A DNA stretch of 46,537 nt from assembly GCA_046760225.1 (NCBI GenBank), contig JBHIDR010000003.1, positions 1-46,537 on the forward strand, read 5' to 3'. This document shows, piece after piece, positions 18,761-27,276 of the stretch. The position numbers were made by a program, and so were the translations under genes. Numbering within the stretch: position 1 is the first letter of the stretch; every line of letters begins with the position of its first letter. The notes beneath the pieces were generated by a model. That model made no database searches. It had not been told where the DNA came from and saw only the letters and a list, made by a program, of their open reading frames with translations. The stretch comes from Candidatus Aenigmatarchaeota archaeon (lineage in GTDB: Archaea > Aenigmatarchaeota > Aenigmatarchaeia > Aenigmatarchaeales > JACQIB01).

Positions 18761-18903
18761 GGCTGATATCAATGAGGGATACATGGATAAGCGAAGATAA
18801 AGTGTTTGTAGATATAGTCATAACAGATCTGGGAGCAAGAAGACTCGTTTACAATCGCAGAACTGAACAGTACGAATATGAAAAACTCTATCAAGGATGG
18901 TAG
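18757..18903 (+). CDS. Small hypothetical protein, 48 aa
   Basis: ATGA overlap with rps6e stop; MRLISMRDTWISEDKVFVDIVITDLGARRLVYNRRTEQYEYEKLYQGW. Confidence 0.45.
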   Translation: MRLISMRDTWISEDKVFVDIVITDLGARRLVYNRRTEQYEYEKLYQGW

Positions 18904-18906
18904 TAA

Positions 18907-19281
18907 TTAAAGCTGTGCGGGGAAGTAGAGATAGTAAGCGGTCACGTTGAAGTCCTCTACGAAGCCGCTGCGCAGGATCGAGCTGAACTTCTTTGCGCCG
19001 GCCTCGAACCTTTCATGCGCGTCGTCTATCTCGGAGCGGAAGTTCTCTGCGGTCGGGACCTTGTATCCGGACGTCTCTTCTATGTAAAGCAGGGCGGTCG
19101 TCTTGTCTGGGTAAGGAATCATAAATACCGCGTGCTTGGTCTCGCCCTCATAAAAGACTGCCCAGTCACTTCTTGCAACAATGTTGTTTTTTGCAAGTAT
19201 CGCTTCCAGAACAGGCGTCGTGGTGACGAAGAAAAGCTTCGGAGGTGTTAATATGTGTCTGTGTAAAAGTTGTGTGAACAT
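18907..19281 (-). CDS. Hypothetical protein
   Basis: 124-aa ORF, partly GC-rich, convergent on previous ORF; start uncertain. Confidence 0.45.
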   Translation of the reverse strand: MFTQLLHRHILTPPKLFFVTTTPVLEAILAKNNIVARSDWAVFYEGETKHAVFMIPYPDKTTALLYIEETSGYKVPTAENFRSEIDDAHERFEAGAKKFSSILRSGFVEDFNVTAYYLYFPAQL

Positions 19282-19422
19282 GAAAAGAAGTCAAATCATA
19301 GCGGACTTTGAGGCGGAAATAATGGAAGACTGGCTTGGGGGTGATGGTATGAGAGTTCAAAGGCAGAAAGAACTCAATCTTTTTAAATACCTCGCCCGCT
19401 ATATTGAAATAGGGAGTGAAAT

Positions 19423-22400
19423 ATGACCAAAAAAATCGACCCAAGGCTTATTCCCGAGGTCAACATAGGTACGGTTGGACACTGAGCAACTTGCGGGTTG
19501 CTTGGCTAAAAACGTGGACCACGGGAAATGCGTTGCATTAGATGAAGATATGTTTATTAATAATAAGCTAATTTCAGGACAGGAATTAATGGACTTAGCA
19601 AAATCTAAAGGGAATATTGTTTTTTCAAAGAAAAATGAATGGCTATACAACATTCCAAATCTTTATACTTATAGTCTTGATTCTGAATTACAAACTGTCA
19701 GAACGAAAGCACAAGTATTTATACAGAAATATGAAGGGCCCATTCTTAAAATGATTACAAAAAATGGTAAAAGTATAAAGGCAACTAAAGAACATCCTTT
19801 GCTAATAAATGAAGGCGGTAATTTAAAATGGAAAAAAATGAAAGAGATTAAAGTTGGGGATTATATTGCTGTTTCGAATTTGGGTACATTCCCTAGTAAA
19901 ATAAAACTTAAAAATAGTTATCTCAAGGAACTAAGAAAAAGGTATCCATTAGTTATGACAAATATTGATTATAACAAACTTAAAGAAAAGACGGGAAACT
20001 TCGTTAATTTCTCTATGTTAAATGAAAAGGAATTTAGTACTTTGCGTATTTTGGGTAATTTTTCTTTAAGAGAAATAGCAAAGGCGACAAATTTTTCTTA
20101 TTCATGGATTCAGAAGGCCCTAGGCCAAAAAAGGAAAACTACAAATAATGTTAAATTAGAACTATCAAAGTTTTTCAAAAGTAATAAACATAGAATAGTA
20201 AGACTTTCTAAAAACGAAATATTGGTTGGTTATAAATCTCGCCATTCTGGAAAAAATTATACTAAATTCAAAAACATAAAGATTATAGATCAGGATATAG
20301 TAAAATGGTTTGCTTTCTTGCACGCAGAAGGAAATACTCATTATAAAAGAATAGTAGTTGTTCAGAAAAATTATCCCGAATTATTAGAAGAGTTTGAAAA
20401 GATATCTAAAAGCATATTTGGAATTGAATCTAAAATCGCATTCGGAAATAATGATGTTAAAAGATGTGAATTATATTCAAAACCGTTTATTGAATATATA
20501 TGTTTAAGGTTTGGACTTAAGATTGGGGCATCAAAGAAATCGCCTATTTGTAACTGGATACTTTCTCTGCCACCAAACCTTCAAGCTTTATTTCTAAAAT
20601 ATTTTTTTGCTTTAGAGTGTGATGTAAGAAAAAATTCAATAAAAATAACTCAAATTAATAAAAGAAATATAAATATTATCTCTACTATCTTGCACAATTT
20701 TGGAATAGAACATCACCTAAAAGAGGGTGTAAGAAAGAATCGTAATATAGAATATAGTTTACGCATAGAAGGAAAGCACAACCTTAGAAGATTTATAGAA
20801 AAAATAGGTATTTATGATAAAAACAAATCGAGAAGAGTTAAAGCGTACCTAAAAACAATTAAGCCTACAAACCCACCATCATACTCACTTGTTCCGATAA
20901 ATCCGAACATCTTGATGGAACTTTCACAAATTTTACCTAATTTCACTCTTAAAGAAAACTATTACTATTATGCGAATGGAAAGATAACCAAAATTAGATT
21001 AAATAAGATAGTTAAGGATATCGCTTTATGGTTGAAAGAATCGGAGAAGCTTAAAGATAAGGGAGATTTATATACTATAGTTAAAAATTTTAAGATTCCT
21101 CAAACAACATTAGCAAGAAAAATCAATTCTTCAAAATCTATAGTTAATAAGATACTGAAAAATAAATACAAAAACAAAATTGTAAGGAGCAAGTTAAAAG
21201 ATACTATAAAACAGTTGGCAGAAGATAAAACTAAAAGAACTGAGATTATTTATCAAAACCTTAGTTTGTTAGCATCTCCTTTGATACGTTGGGATAAAGT
21301 AAATAGAATAGAACACTTGCATTATAACGACTATGTTGTTGATTTGTTTGTACCAAAGTATCATAACTTCGTAGGAGGATTTGGTGGTATAGTATGTCAT
21401 AACAGCACCCTTATAGAAGCAATTTCTGGCCGCTGGCCTGCCCTGCATTCTGAAGAGCTGAAAAGGGGAATCACAATAAAGCTCGGTTATGCTGATGCAA
21501 CAATATACAGGTGCCCGAAGTGTGAAAAGACGCTGAGCACAGACAAGTGCCTTGGCTGCATGGAAAAAGCAGAGCTGTTGCGCACAATCTCCTTTGTTGA
21601 TGCTCCTGGGCATGAGACACTCATGGCAACTGTGCTTGCAGGTGCCAGTTTGATGGATGGTGCACTGCTCATAATTGCTGCAAATGAGAAATGCCCTCAA
21701 CCGCAGACAGCCGAGCACCTCATGGCACTTGACATCAGTGGGATAAGAAATATCATAATAATCCAGAACAAGGTAGATCTTGTTGATGAGGAAAAAGCAA
21801 TGGAGAACTACAAGCAGATAAAGGAGTTTGTGAAAGGAACTGTTGCAGAGAACGCACCCATAATACCTGTTTCTGCGCAGCAGAAGATAAACATAGATTC
21901 TGTTCTTGAGGCAATACATAAAATCATGCCCACACCAGAAAGGAAGCCAGAAGCAAACCCAAAGATGCTGGTTGTGAGGAGCTTTGACATAAACAAGCCA
22001 GGTACAGAACCACCAAAGCTCAATGGTGGGGTTCTTGGTGGTGCAATAATAGAAGGAAAGCTTAAGAAAGGTGATGAAATAGAGGTTGCACCAGTAAAGA
22101 TAAAGGACAAATGGCGCAGCATCACAACAAAGATAAAGGGCCTGCAGAAGGCAGGCAAGAACCTTGATGAAGCAGGGCCAGGAGGACTGGTTGGGGTGAT
22201 GACAACACTTGACCCAAACCTCACAAAGGCTGACTATCTTGCAGGCAGTGTTGTTGGCCTGCCTGGCAATCTTCCCTCAATCTCAAACTCCCTGAGATTT
22301 GAAGCACATGTTTTCGAGGGAATACAGCCCATAAAGATGGGAGAGCTGCTCATGATAAACGTGGGTACATCCAGGACAGTTGGGGCTGTGGATTCAATCA

Positions 22401-22522
22401 AGAAAGGAATTGTTGAGACCAGCCTGAAGCTGCCTGTTGTTGTAAGTGCTGGTGAAAGGGCTGCAATAAGCAGGAGACTTGAGGACAGGTGGAGGCTAAT
22501 CGGCTGGGGAATTCTTAGGTAG
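19423..22522 (+). CDS. eif2g: Translation initiation factor aIF2 gamma; join(19423..19480,19512..22522), contains an intein; mature ~397 aa
   Basis: MTKKIDPRLIPEVNIGTVG-H-VDHGK/STL, HSEELKRGITIKLGYA, FVDAPGHE, QNKVD, RWRLIGWG. Confidence 0.95.
19481..19511 (+). other. 31-nt BHB-type mRNA intron in aIF2-gamma
   Basis: TTGG AC^A CTGAGCAAC TTGCGG GTTGCTTGG CTAA AA^A CGT: central helix TTGG/CTAA, 9-bp inner stem, in-frame TGA 19483-19485. Confidence 0.9.
19529..21403 (+). mobile_element. Intein (625 aa) with LAGLIDADG-type endonuclease in aIF2-gamma P-loop
   Basis: GK/CVALDE start, ATKEHPLL block B, FLHAEG motif, ...GIVCHN/S end; strongly AT-rich. Confidence 0.94.
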
Positions 22523-22562
22523 ATTTATAAACTGGTCTTTCCATATTCTTTTTGGTGAAAAA

Positions 22563-22958
22563 GTGATAAAACTATTGATTCAACTGTTCCTTGTGGGAGC
22601 AATTATTCTAGCAGTCTTCTTTATGATATACAGAAGGAAGAAGCGTATGAAGACCACAATAATAGATGTATTCTGGCCTGACTGGAGACGTGCAACAATC
22701 TGGTTGTTCATCTTCACAGGTGTGACCTATTTTATCATGTACGATATTCAACGCTCTGTATTTGGCGTACCAGTTTACAGTGACATGCTCACGCCTTGGA
22801 TAGGATACATGCCCTACATAATCTTCCACTACACCGGATCAGAGCTGGGAGCACTTGTACTAGATATAATCAGTCTGGTATATTTCTGGGTTGTTGCGAG
22901 CATTACGGTCTGGATATGGGACAGCCTGAAGGCAAGGCCTGCAAGGAAGAAAAAGTGA
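22563..22958 (+). CDS. Hypothetical membrane protein
   Basis: Three to four hydrophobic segments, basic C-terminus. Confidence 0.7.
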   Translation: MIKLLIQLFLVGAIILAVFFMIYRRKKRMKTTIIDVFWPDWRRATIWLFIFTGVTYFIMYDIQRSVFGVPVYSDMLTPWIGYMPYIIFHYTGSELGALVLDIISLVYFWVVASITVWIWDSLKARPARKKK

Positions 22959-23101
22959 AGTAGACTTCAGTACAATCATTCATATTGGGAGCAATTGGTG
23001 GAATTTTAGGTATTGCAGCATTCAAAAGGAAGAAGCCTGTGCGGAAGAAACGCTGAGCTGAAACTTTATATTGGCGTGCATTAAATTCTTTAGTGATAGC
23101 T

Positions 23102-23521
23102 ATGCCTGCATGCGAAAGATGTGGTAAGGGAGAAGCAGAATGGAGGTGCCAAGTCTGTGGAAAGATTGTATGTGAGAACTGCGCAAGGCCAACTGACAAG
23201 GGAGTATTCTGCGCTGACCATGTGCCAATAGAAAAGCCAAGGGGAGAAGTGAAGAAAAAGAGGGAGATAAGTGCAGGAGCAAAGGCAATAAAATCTATTT
23301 TCATTGTAATGCTGGTACTCACACTGGGGCTCGGCCTCATAGTCTCCATAGGAGAGGTCTTCATCAGCATGATTGGTATTCCGACTGATGCTGGACCTGC
23401 CCAAGGCATAATCGACATAATAATAAGGGTCAAGGGCAGCGGCACGTTGATACTTGTGGGCATGGCCATAATCACTGCACTGCTTGGAATTGCTTATATT
23501 GGAGCAAGAAGAGCAGGCTAG
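23102..23521 (+). CDS. Zinc-finger (B-box-like) membrane protein
   Basis: CxxC-x7-CxxC-x4-CxxC...CxxH followed by two TM helices. Confidence 0.75.
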   Translation: MPACERCGKGEAEWRCQVCGKIVCENCARPTDKGVFCADHVPIEKPRGEVKKKREISAGAKAIKSIFIVMLVLTLGLGLIVSIGEVFISMIGIPTDAGPAQGIIDIIIRVKGSGTLILVGMAIITALLGIAYIGARRAG

Positions 23522-23564
23522 AAAATTTATATATAGCGGGAAGCACAAAAATAAAGTGATACTG

Positions 23565-24932
23565 ATGAAACAGATTTTGATATGGGGGGCGGTTTTCACA
23601 GTGATAATGGCTGCTTCAGCCATGGCTGTGGATTTTTCAGCTGATGTCAGCGAGGAGCCTGAGGTTTTTGCAGGCGACACAGCTGTGTTTGAAGCAACAA
23701 TAACAAATGCAGGAACCCAGAACTGGTTCTCCCTGTCTGTGTTCCCAACAGACTGGATAAGGCTTGAAAGCCCGTCTGTAAAGGTCCCAGGAGGGGGCTC
23801 CTTTACTGTCAAGATATATGTAACACCACCAGAGGACACAAAGGCCGGGAGCTATAGCCTGGATTTCCATGTGCAAAAGGCCGGGGAGAGGATAGAGGTC
23901 CCTTTTATTGTCAATGTCAAGCAGAGGACATCAGCTGCCCTGATAAAGGATTTTGAGACCAGCTGCACGTCATGCAAGGACAGCGTGAATGTTTCAATGA
24001 AGATTGAGAACGTTGGCACGTCGGCAATAAAGGACGCCACTCTTTCCCTCATGCTGGGCAAAAAGGAAAAGAAAATAGAGATTGGACAAATGAACATCAG
24101 CGGCTCAACAGAAATTTCAGAGACATTCTCACTTGAAGGATATTCTCCTGGCTCCTTTAGCATAGTTGCAGTGCTGATTGGTAACGGCATCAACCTTGAC
24201 ACAGAGACAAGGGAGTTTGAGGTTGCTGTGATTGACAACATTGACATAGAAAGGGACGTGTCAAGCTTCCTTTTCGGGAGCACAATAAAGCTGGTAGCAA
24301 CCAACAAGGGCAACACAGAGAAAGAAGCAGGAATATCATCATCTGTCTCCCAGTACTTCTGGGTGGTTTACTCGGGCCCGCAGCCAGATGAAAGGGGCGC
24401 TGAATGGGTCTGGAAGAGAACACTGAAACCTGGCGAGTCTGCAGAAGTAAAGTACAGCGAATTCATATGGCCGATACCAGTCATAATGATTATCCTAGTA
24501 ATTGCAATCTTATTCAGCTACCTGCAGGCAACAGCGCTTGCTGTGAAGAAGAGGATGTTCAGGACAATGGACGAGTATGCAATGTCAATCCTGATAAAGA
24601 ACAGGGGTGCAGAGGCGCACAATGTTCTTGTAAGGGACGTCATACCCCCTACCTTCAATCTCTCAGGCAAGTTCGAGACACTGAAGCCTGTTGCAAAGAA
24701 GACCGGCTTTGGCACAGAGCTTTTCTGGAAAATAGGAAGGGTAAGGAAGGGAGAAGAGATGATACTCCACTACAGGATAAAGCCTGTGAGCAGGATAAGG
24801 GGCACAATGCAGCTGCCTGCTGCCAGTGTGAAGGCAAAGAGAGGGGACAAGACGCTGTTCGTTTATTCAGGCAAGCCAGTAATAACAGGTGCACACGGGC
24901 CCAAGCCAAAACTCAAGGTAAAGACCGAGTAG
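23565..24932 (+). CDS. Signal-peptide-bearing membrane-anchored Ig-like (CARDB/DUF11-like) surface protein
   Basis: MKQILIWG... signal, ITNAG/IENVG/TNKGN Ig-like strands, one TM, cytoplasmic IKNRG..VRDVIP domain. Confidence 0.75.
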   Translation: MKQILIWGAVFTVIMAASAMAVDFSADVSEEPEVFAGDTAVFEATITNAGTQNWFSLSVFPTDWIRLESPSVKVPGGGSFTVKIYVTPPEDTKAGSYSLDFHVQKAGERIEVPFIVNVKQRTSAALIKDFETSCTSCKDSVNVSMKIENVGTSAIKDATLSLMLGKKEKKIEIGQMNISGSTEISETFSLEGYSPGSFSIVAVLIGNGINLDTETREFEVAVIDNIDIERDVSSFLFGSTIKLVATNKGNTEKEAGISSSVSQYFWVVYSGPQPDERGAEWVWKRTLKPGESAEVKYSEFIWPIPVIMIILVIAILFSYLQATALAVKKRMFRTMDEYAMSILIKNRGAEAHNVLVRDVIPPTFNLSGKFETLKPVAKKTGFGTELFWKIGRVRKGEEMILHYRIKPVSRIRGTMQLPAASVKAKRGDKTLFVYSGKPVITGAHGPKPKLKVKTE

Positions 24933-24933
24933 A

Positions 24934-24941
24934 TTTAAATA
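24934..24941 (+). promoter_or_regulatory. TATA box for tRNA-Tyr
   Basis: TTTAAATA ending 26 nt before the tRNA 5' end. Confidence 0.6.
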
Positions 24942-25002
24942 ATCTACAGCACCAATTTCTTGATATCCCGCGATGGCTTAGTCTGGTAGAGCGACCGGCT
25001 GT

Positions 25003-25653
25003 GCGGTGAGAAAGCATGACGACACTAAAACCTATAATAGAACAACAAGGTACAGTTTCAGAAGCAAAGGCTAGAATATTGGCGAACCTCAAGGCTGATG
25101 GAAGTACATGCAGAAGCGGTACGAACTATACAAAAAAATATGAGGTACGTGATGCCGAGCAACTTAATAGGTTTGCCAAAGACCTGAAACATGTATATGG
25201 GCTGAACATAAAGCGCATGCTTAACACATCAGGAATAACAGGAATGCCCATAGAAGCTGTATACCTTAGGTCCAAATTAGCATTTGAAGATTTGCAGAAA
25301 TTTGGACGCTTCAGGTCAGAAGACTGGAATGTACCTCAGCAGATAAAAAACTCTTCCAAGCAAGTTAAGGCCGCCTTTTTAATGGCCTTTTTTGATGACG
25401 AAGGATCTGTTATCAAATCGAGAAGGGAAATACGCCTTTACTCGATAAATATTGATGGCCTTAATGAAATAGCAAAGCTGCTTGAAGAGTTTGAAATAAA
25501 GTGCAGTATACGAAGTGGTTATGGAAAACGAAGAAATGTGTTTGCCATTATAATTCGTGGCGTAGAAAACCTTGAGAGGTTTTCAAAACATATAGGTTTT
25601 GGTGTTAAGACTAAAAAAAGAAAACTAAAAAGTATGCTTTCCACTGTGGCCAA
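25003..25653 (+). mobile_element. 651-nt relaxed-BHB tRNA intron at 35/36 encoding a LAGLIDADG endonuclease
   Basis: Central helix GGCT/GGCC, 3' bulge AA^A, long closing stem GCGGTG-A-GAAAGCATG / TATGCTTTC-CACTGT. Confidence 0.82.
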
Positions 25654-25684
25654 AGGCGAGCACGCTAAGTGCTTGTTGCGTTAG
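25016..25684 (+). CDS. Intron-encoded double-motif LAGLIDADG homing endonuclease
   Basis: ILANLKADG and FLMAFFDDEG motifs; SD GGTGAG; 214 aa if read from circular intron, 222 aa from precursor. Confidence 0.9.
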   Translation: MTTLKPIIEQQGTVSEAKARILANLKADGSTCRSGTNYTKKYEVRDAEQLNRFAKDLKHVYGLNIKRMLNTSGITGMPIEAVYLRSKLAFEDLQKFGRFRSEDWNVPQQIKNSSKQVKAAFLMAFFDDEGSVIKSRREIRLYSINIDGLNEIAKLLEEFEIKCSIRSGYGKRRNVFAIIIRGVENLERFSKHIGFGVKTKKRKLKSMLSTVAKGEHAKCLLR

Positions 25685-25697
25685 CACTCGCTCGGAA
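25656..25697 (+). other. 42-nt tRNA-Tyr intron at canonical 37/38
   Basis: Inner stem GCGAG/CTCGC, CTG/CGG central pairing, 3' bulge AA^A. Confidence 0.82.
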
Positions 25698-25748
25698 ACC
25701 GGTAGATCGGGAGTTCGAATCTCCCTCGCGGGACCATTTGTGATTTTT

Positions 25749-26363
25749 ATGTCCAGTATGCGAGAGCTCAGGAAGGTCTATATGCAGAACAGGAGGCAGA
25801 TAAGGAATTTTTTGGAATCAACCAAAAATAAGAATGATGGTTTCCTGCTGCAGGAGATGTTCTTCTGCATGCTCACTTCCCAGACAAAGGCAGCCAACTG
25901 CCGTGCTTCTGTTGACAGGCTGAAGGGATGCAGGGACCTCTTTGAAGCGAACATGGAAGAAATAAGGAACTCCCTTGCTGGTGTGAGGTTCGCTGACAGG
26001 AAGGCACAGTACCTTTTCAAGGCAAGGCAAAAGCTGCCCAGGATAAAGGAGAACCTTTCCCTTTCGCCATTCGAGCAAAGGGAATGGCTGGTCGATAATG
26101 TGAAGGGAATGGGCATGAAACTGGCTTCACACTATCTGAGGAACATAGGGGTGTTTGGCCTGGCTATACTTGACGTCCATGTGCAGAGGTTCATGCAGGA
26201 AAACTGGAAGTTCCGGGGAGAAGTGGGCAAGCTGAACAGGAAGCAGTACCTTGAGAACGAGAAGGAGTTCTTCAGGCTAGCGAAAAAGCTTAAAATGAGG
26301 CCGGAGGAGCTTGACATAGCAATATGGATGCTGGGCAACAGGAGCGGCAATTTCTACGGTTAA
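25749..26363 (+). CDS. ogg: N-glycosylase/DNA lyase (8-oxoguanine DNA glycosylase, Ogg2-type)
   Basis: EMFFCMLT, GVRF, REWLVDNVKGMGMKLASHYLRNIG, AILDVH; start 25740-25758 uncertain. Confidence 0.88.
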   Translation: MSSMRELRKVYMQNRRQIRNFLESTKNKNDGFLLQEMFFCMLTSQTKAANCRASVDRLKGCRDLFEANMEEIRNSLAGVRFADRKAQYLFKARQKLPRIKENLSLSPFEQREWLVDNVKGMGMKLASHYLRNIGVFGLAILDVHVQRFMQENWKFRGEVGKLNRKQYLENEKEFFRLAKKLKMRPEELDIAIWMLGNRSGNFYG

Positions 26364-26364
26364 C

Positions 26365-26372
26365 TTTAAATA
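26365..26372 (+). promoter_or_regulatory. TATA box for 5S rRNA
   Basis: TTTAAATA ending 23 nt before the 5S 5' end. Confidence 0.6.
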
Positions 26373-26394
26373 CCTTTGAGAAAGTAATAATCAT

Positions 26395-26554
26395 TGGTCG
26401 CGGTCAAAACGGAGTGGCAAGATCCGTTCCCGTTCCGAAACATCCTTCAGAGAAGCTGCACCTTACCTGGAGGGTGAGGAAACACGGTAATGAATCGCTC
26501 CAGTGATCTGGACTGTACTGTGGAAAACATGGGAAATCCAGGACGCTGCGACCA
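26395..26554 (+). rRNA. rrf: 5S rRNA with 43-nt intron; join(26395..26439,26483..26554), 117 nt
   Basis: Helix I TGGTCGCGG/CTGCGACCA, helix II GGAGTGG/TCGCTCC, loop C CCCGTTCCGAAC-ACGG restored after removal, loop E TGTACT...GGGAAA. Confidence 0.9.
26440..26482 (+). other. 43-nt BHB-type intron in 5S rRNA loop C
   Basis: CCGT TCCG AA^A CATCCTTCAG..CTGGAGGGTG AGGA AA^C ACGG: outer 4 bp, central 3 bp + G.A, 10-bp inner stem. Confidence 0.85.
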
Positions 26555-26587
26555 TAACTTTTTATTCTACCAAAATAATAGAATTTC

Positions 26588-26791
26588 ATGGCAAAGAGAA
26601 GAAAACAAAGGAAAGTAAGCAAAAGGCAAGTCATGAGGGAACTTGCCATTGGTCTCATTATTTTAGTATCTGTGATCATACTTGCCATAAGTGCTTTTTC
26701 TGATATAATCGATCTCGTGATTATAGTGGGACTTATTATTCTTGCAATCATCATAGCAACAATATTTGCAGGAAAGGGTTCACTTGATTAG
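26588..26791 (+). CDS. Small two-TM membrane protein
   Basis: Basic N-terminus then hydrophobic hairpin, 67 aa. Confidence 0.65.
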   Translation: MAKRRKQRKVSKRQVMRELAIGLIILVSVIILAISAFSDIIDLVIIVGLIILAIIIATIFAGKGSLD

Positions 26792-26830
26792 AAAAAGTAT
26801 TTAAACTGTTACTGCTCATTTCTTAAGTAT

Positions 26831-26938
26831 GCCCGGGTAGTATGTCTTGGTGTGGCATTTCACCCGAGAGCTAAAAGTGGTCTAGTATCTCGGCCTGTCG
26901 AGTCGAGGACCTGGGTTCAAATCCCAGCCCGGGCGCCA
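26831..26938 (+). tRNA. tRNA-Asp(GTC) with 32-nt D-arm intron (26844..26875, position 13/14)
   Basis: GCCCGGG/CCCGGGC acceptor, G73, CCA, loop CTGTCGA; intron TAGT AT^G TCTTGG..CCGAGA GCTA AA^A. Confidence 0.92.
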
Positions 26939-27008
26939 CACCAACCCCTTTATAAACCTTGATATTCTATGGGTTGTTAGGACATTTTGGAAGTTCGAAA
27001 AAAAATAG

Positions 27009-27182
27009 GTGATAAGAATAGCAGAGTTCAGAAGGGGCGGTTTCGACAGAAACAGAAGGCCTCGCGAAATGCATAAAGCTACTTGCGCTGAATGCGGCAA
27101 GGAATGCGAAGTTCCGTTCAAGCCTAAATCAGACAGGCCGGTTTATTGCAAAGAATGCTTTATGAAAAGGAGAAAGTTCTAA
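27009..27182 (+). CDS. CxxC-x17-CxxC zinc-ribbon protein
   Basis: PREMHKATCAECGKECEVPFKPKSDRPVYCKECF; below ORF-track length cut-off; start GTG 27009 or ATA 27018. Confidence 0.88.
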   Translation: MIRIAEFRRGGFDRNRRPREMHKATCAECGKECEVPFKPKSDRPVYCKECFMKRRKF

Positions 27183-27276
27183 AGTTGATTTAGAATTTAG
27201 TATTGCAGATTTTCTGTTTTTTATCTGCCTAGCCCAGGCTATATCTAAATTTAAAGATTTACTGACAATATTTCTC

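Larger units (their letters stand above)
24967..25736 (+). tRNA. tRNA-Tyr(GTA); join(24967..25002,25654..25655,25698..25736), two introns
   Basis: C1-G72 acceptor pair and A73 (archaeal Tyr identity), encoded CCA; removing both introns gives ACCGG CTGTAGA CCGGT. Confidence 0.88.

Noticed and set aside
19475..19513. ORF-track N-terminus MDTEQLAGCLAKN for aIF2-gamma
   Set aside because: It translates the intron; the conserved PEVNIGTVGH lies upstream in another frame from ATG 19423
25003..25653. Group I or group II intron identity for the large tRNA introns
   Set aside because: The ORFs fill nearly all of the intron, leaving no room for a ribozyme core; ends form BHB-type junctions
24999..25698. 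tRNA-His(GTG) with one 37/38 intron
   Set aside because: Would give a pyrimidine at 37 and a C1-G72/A73 Tyr body; the two-intron model has a much longer closing stem and gives CUGUAGA
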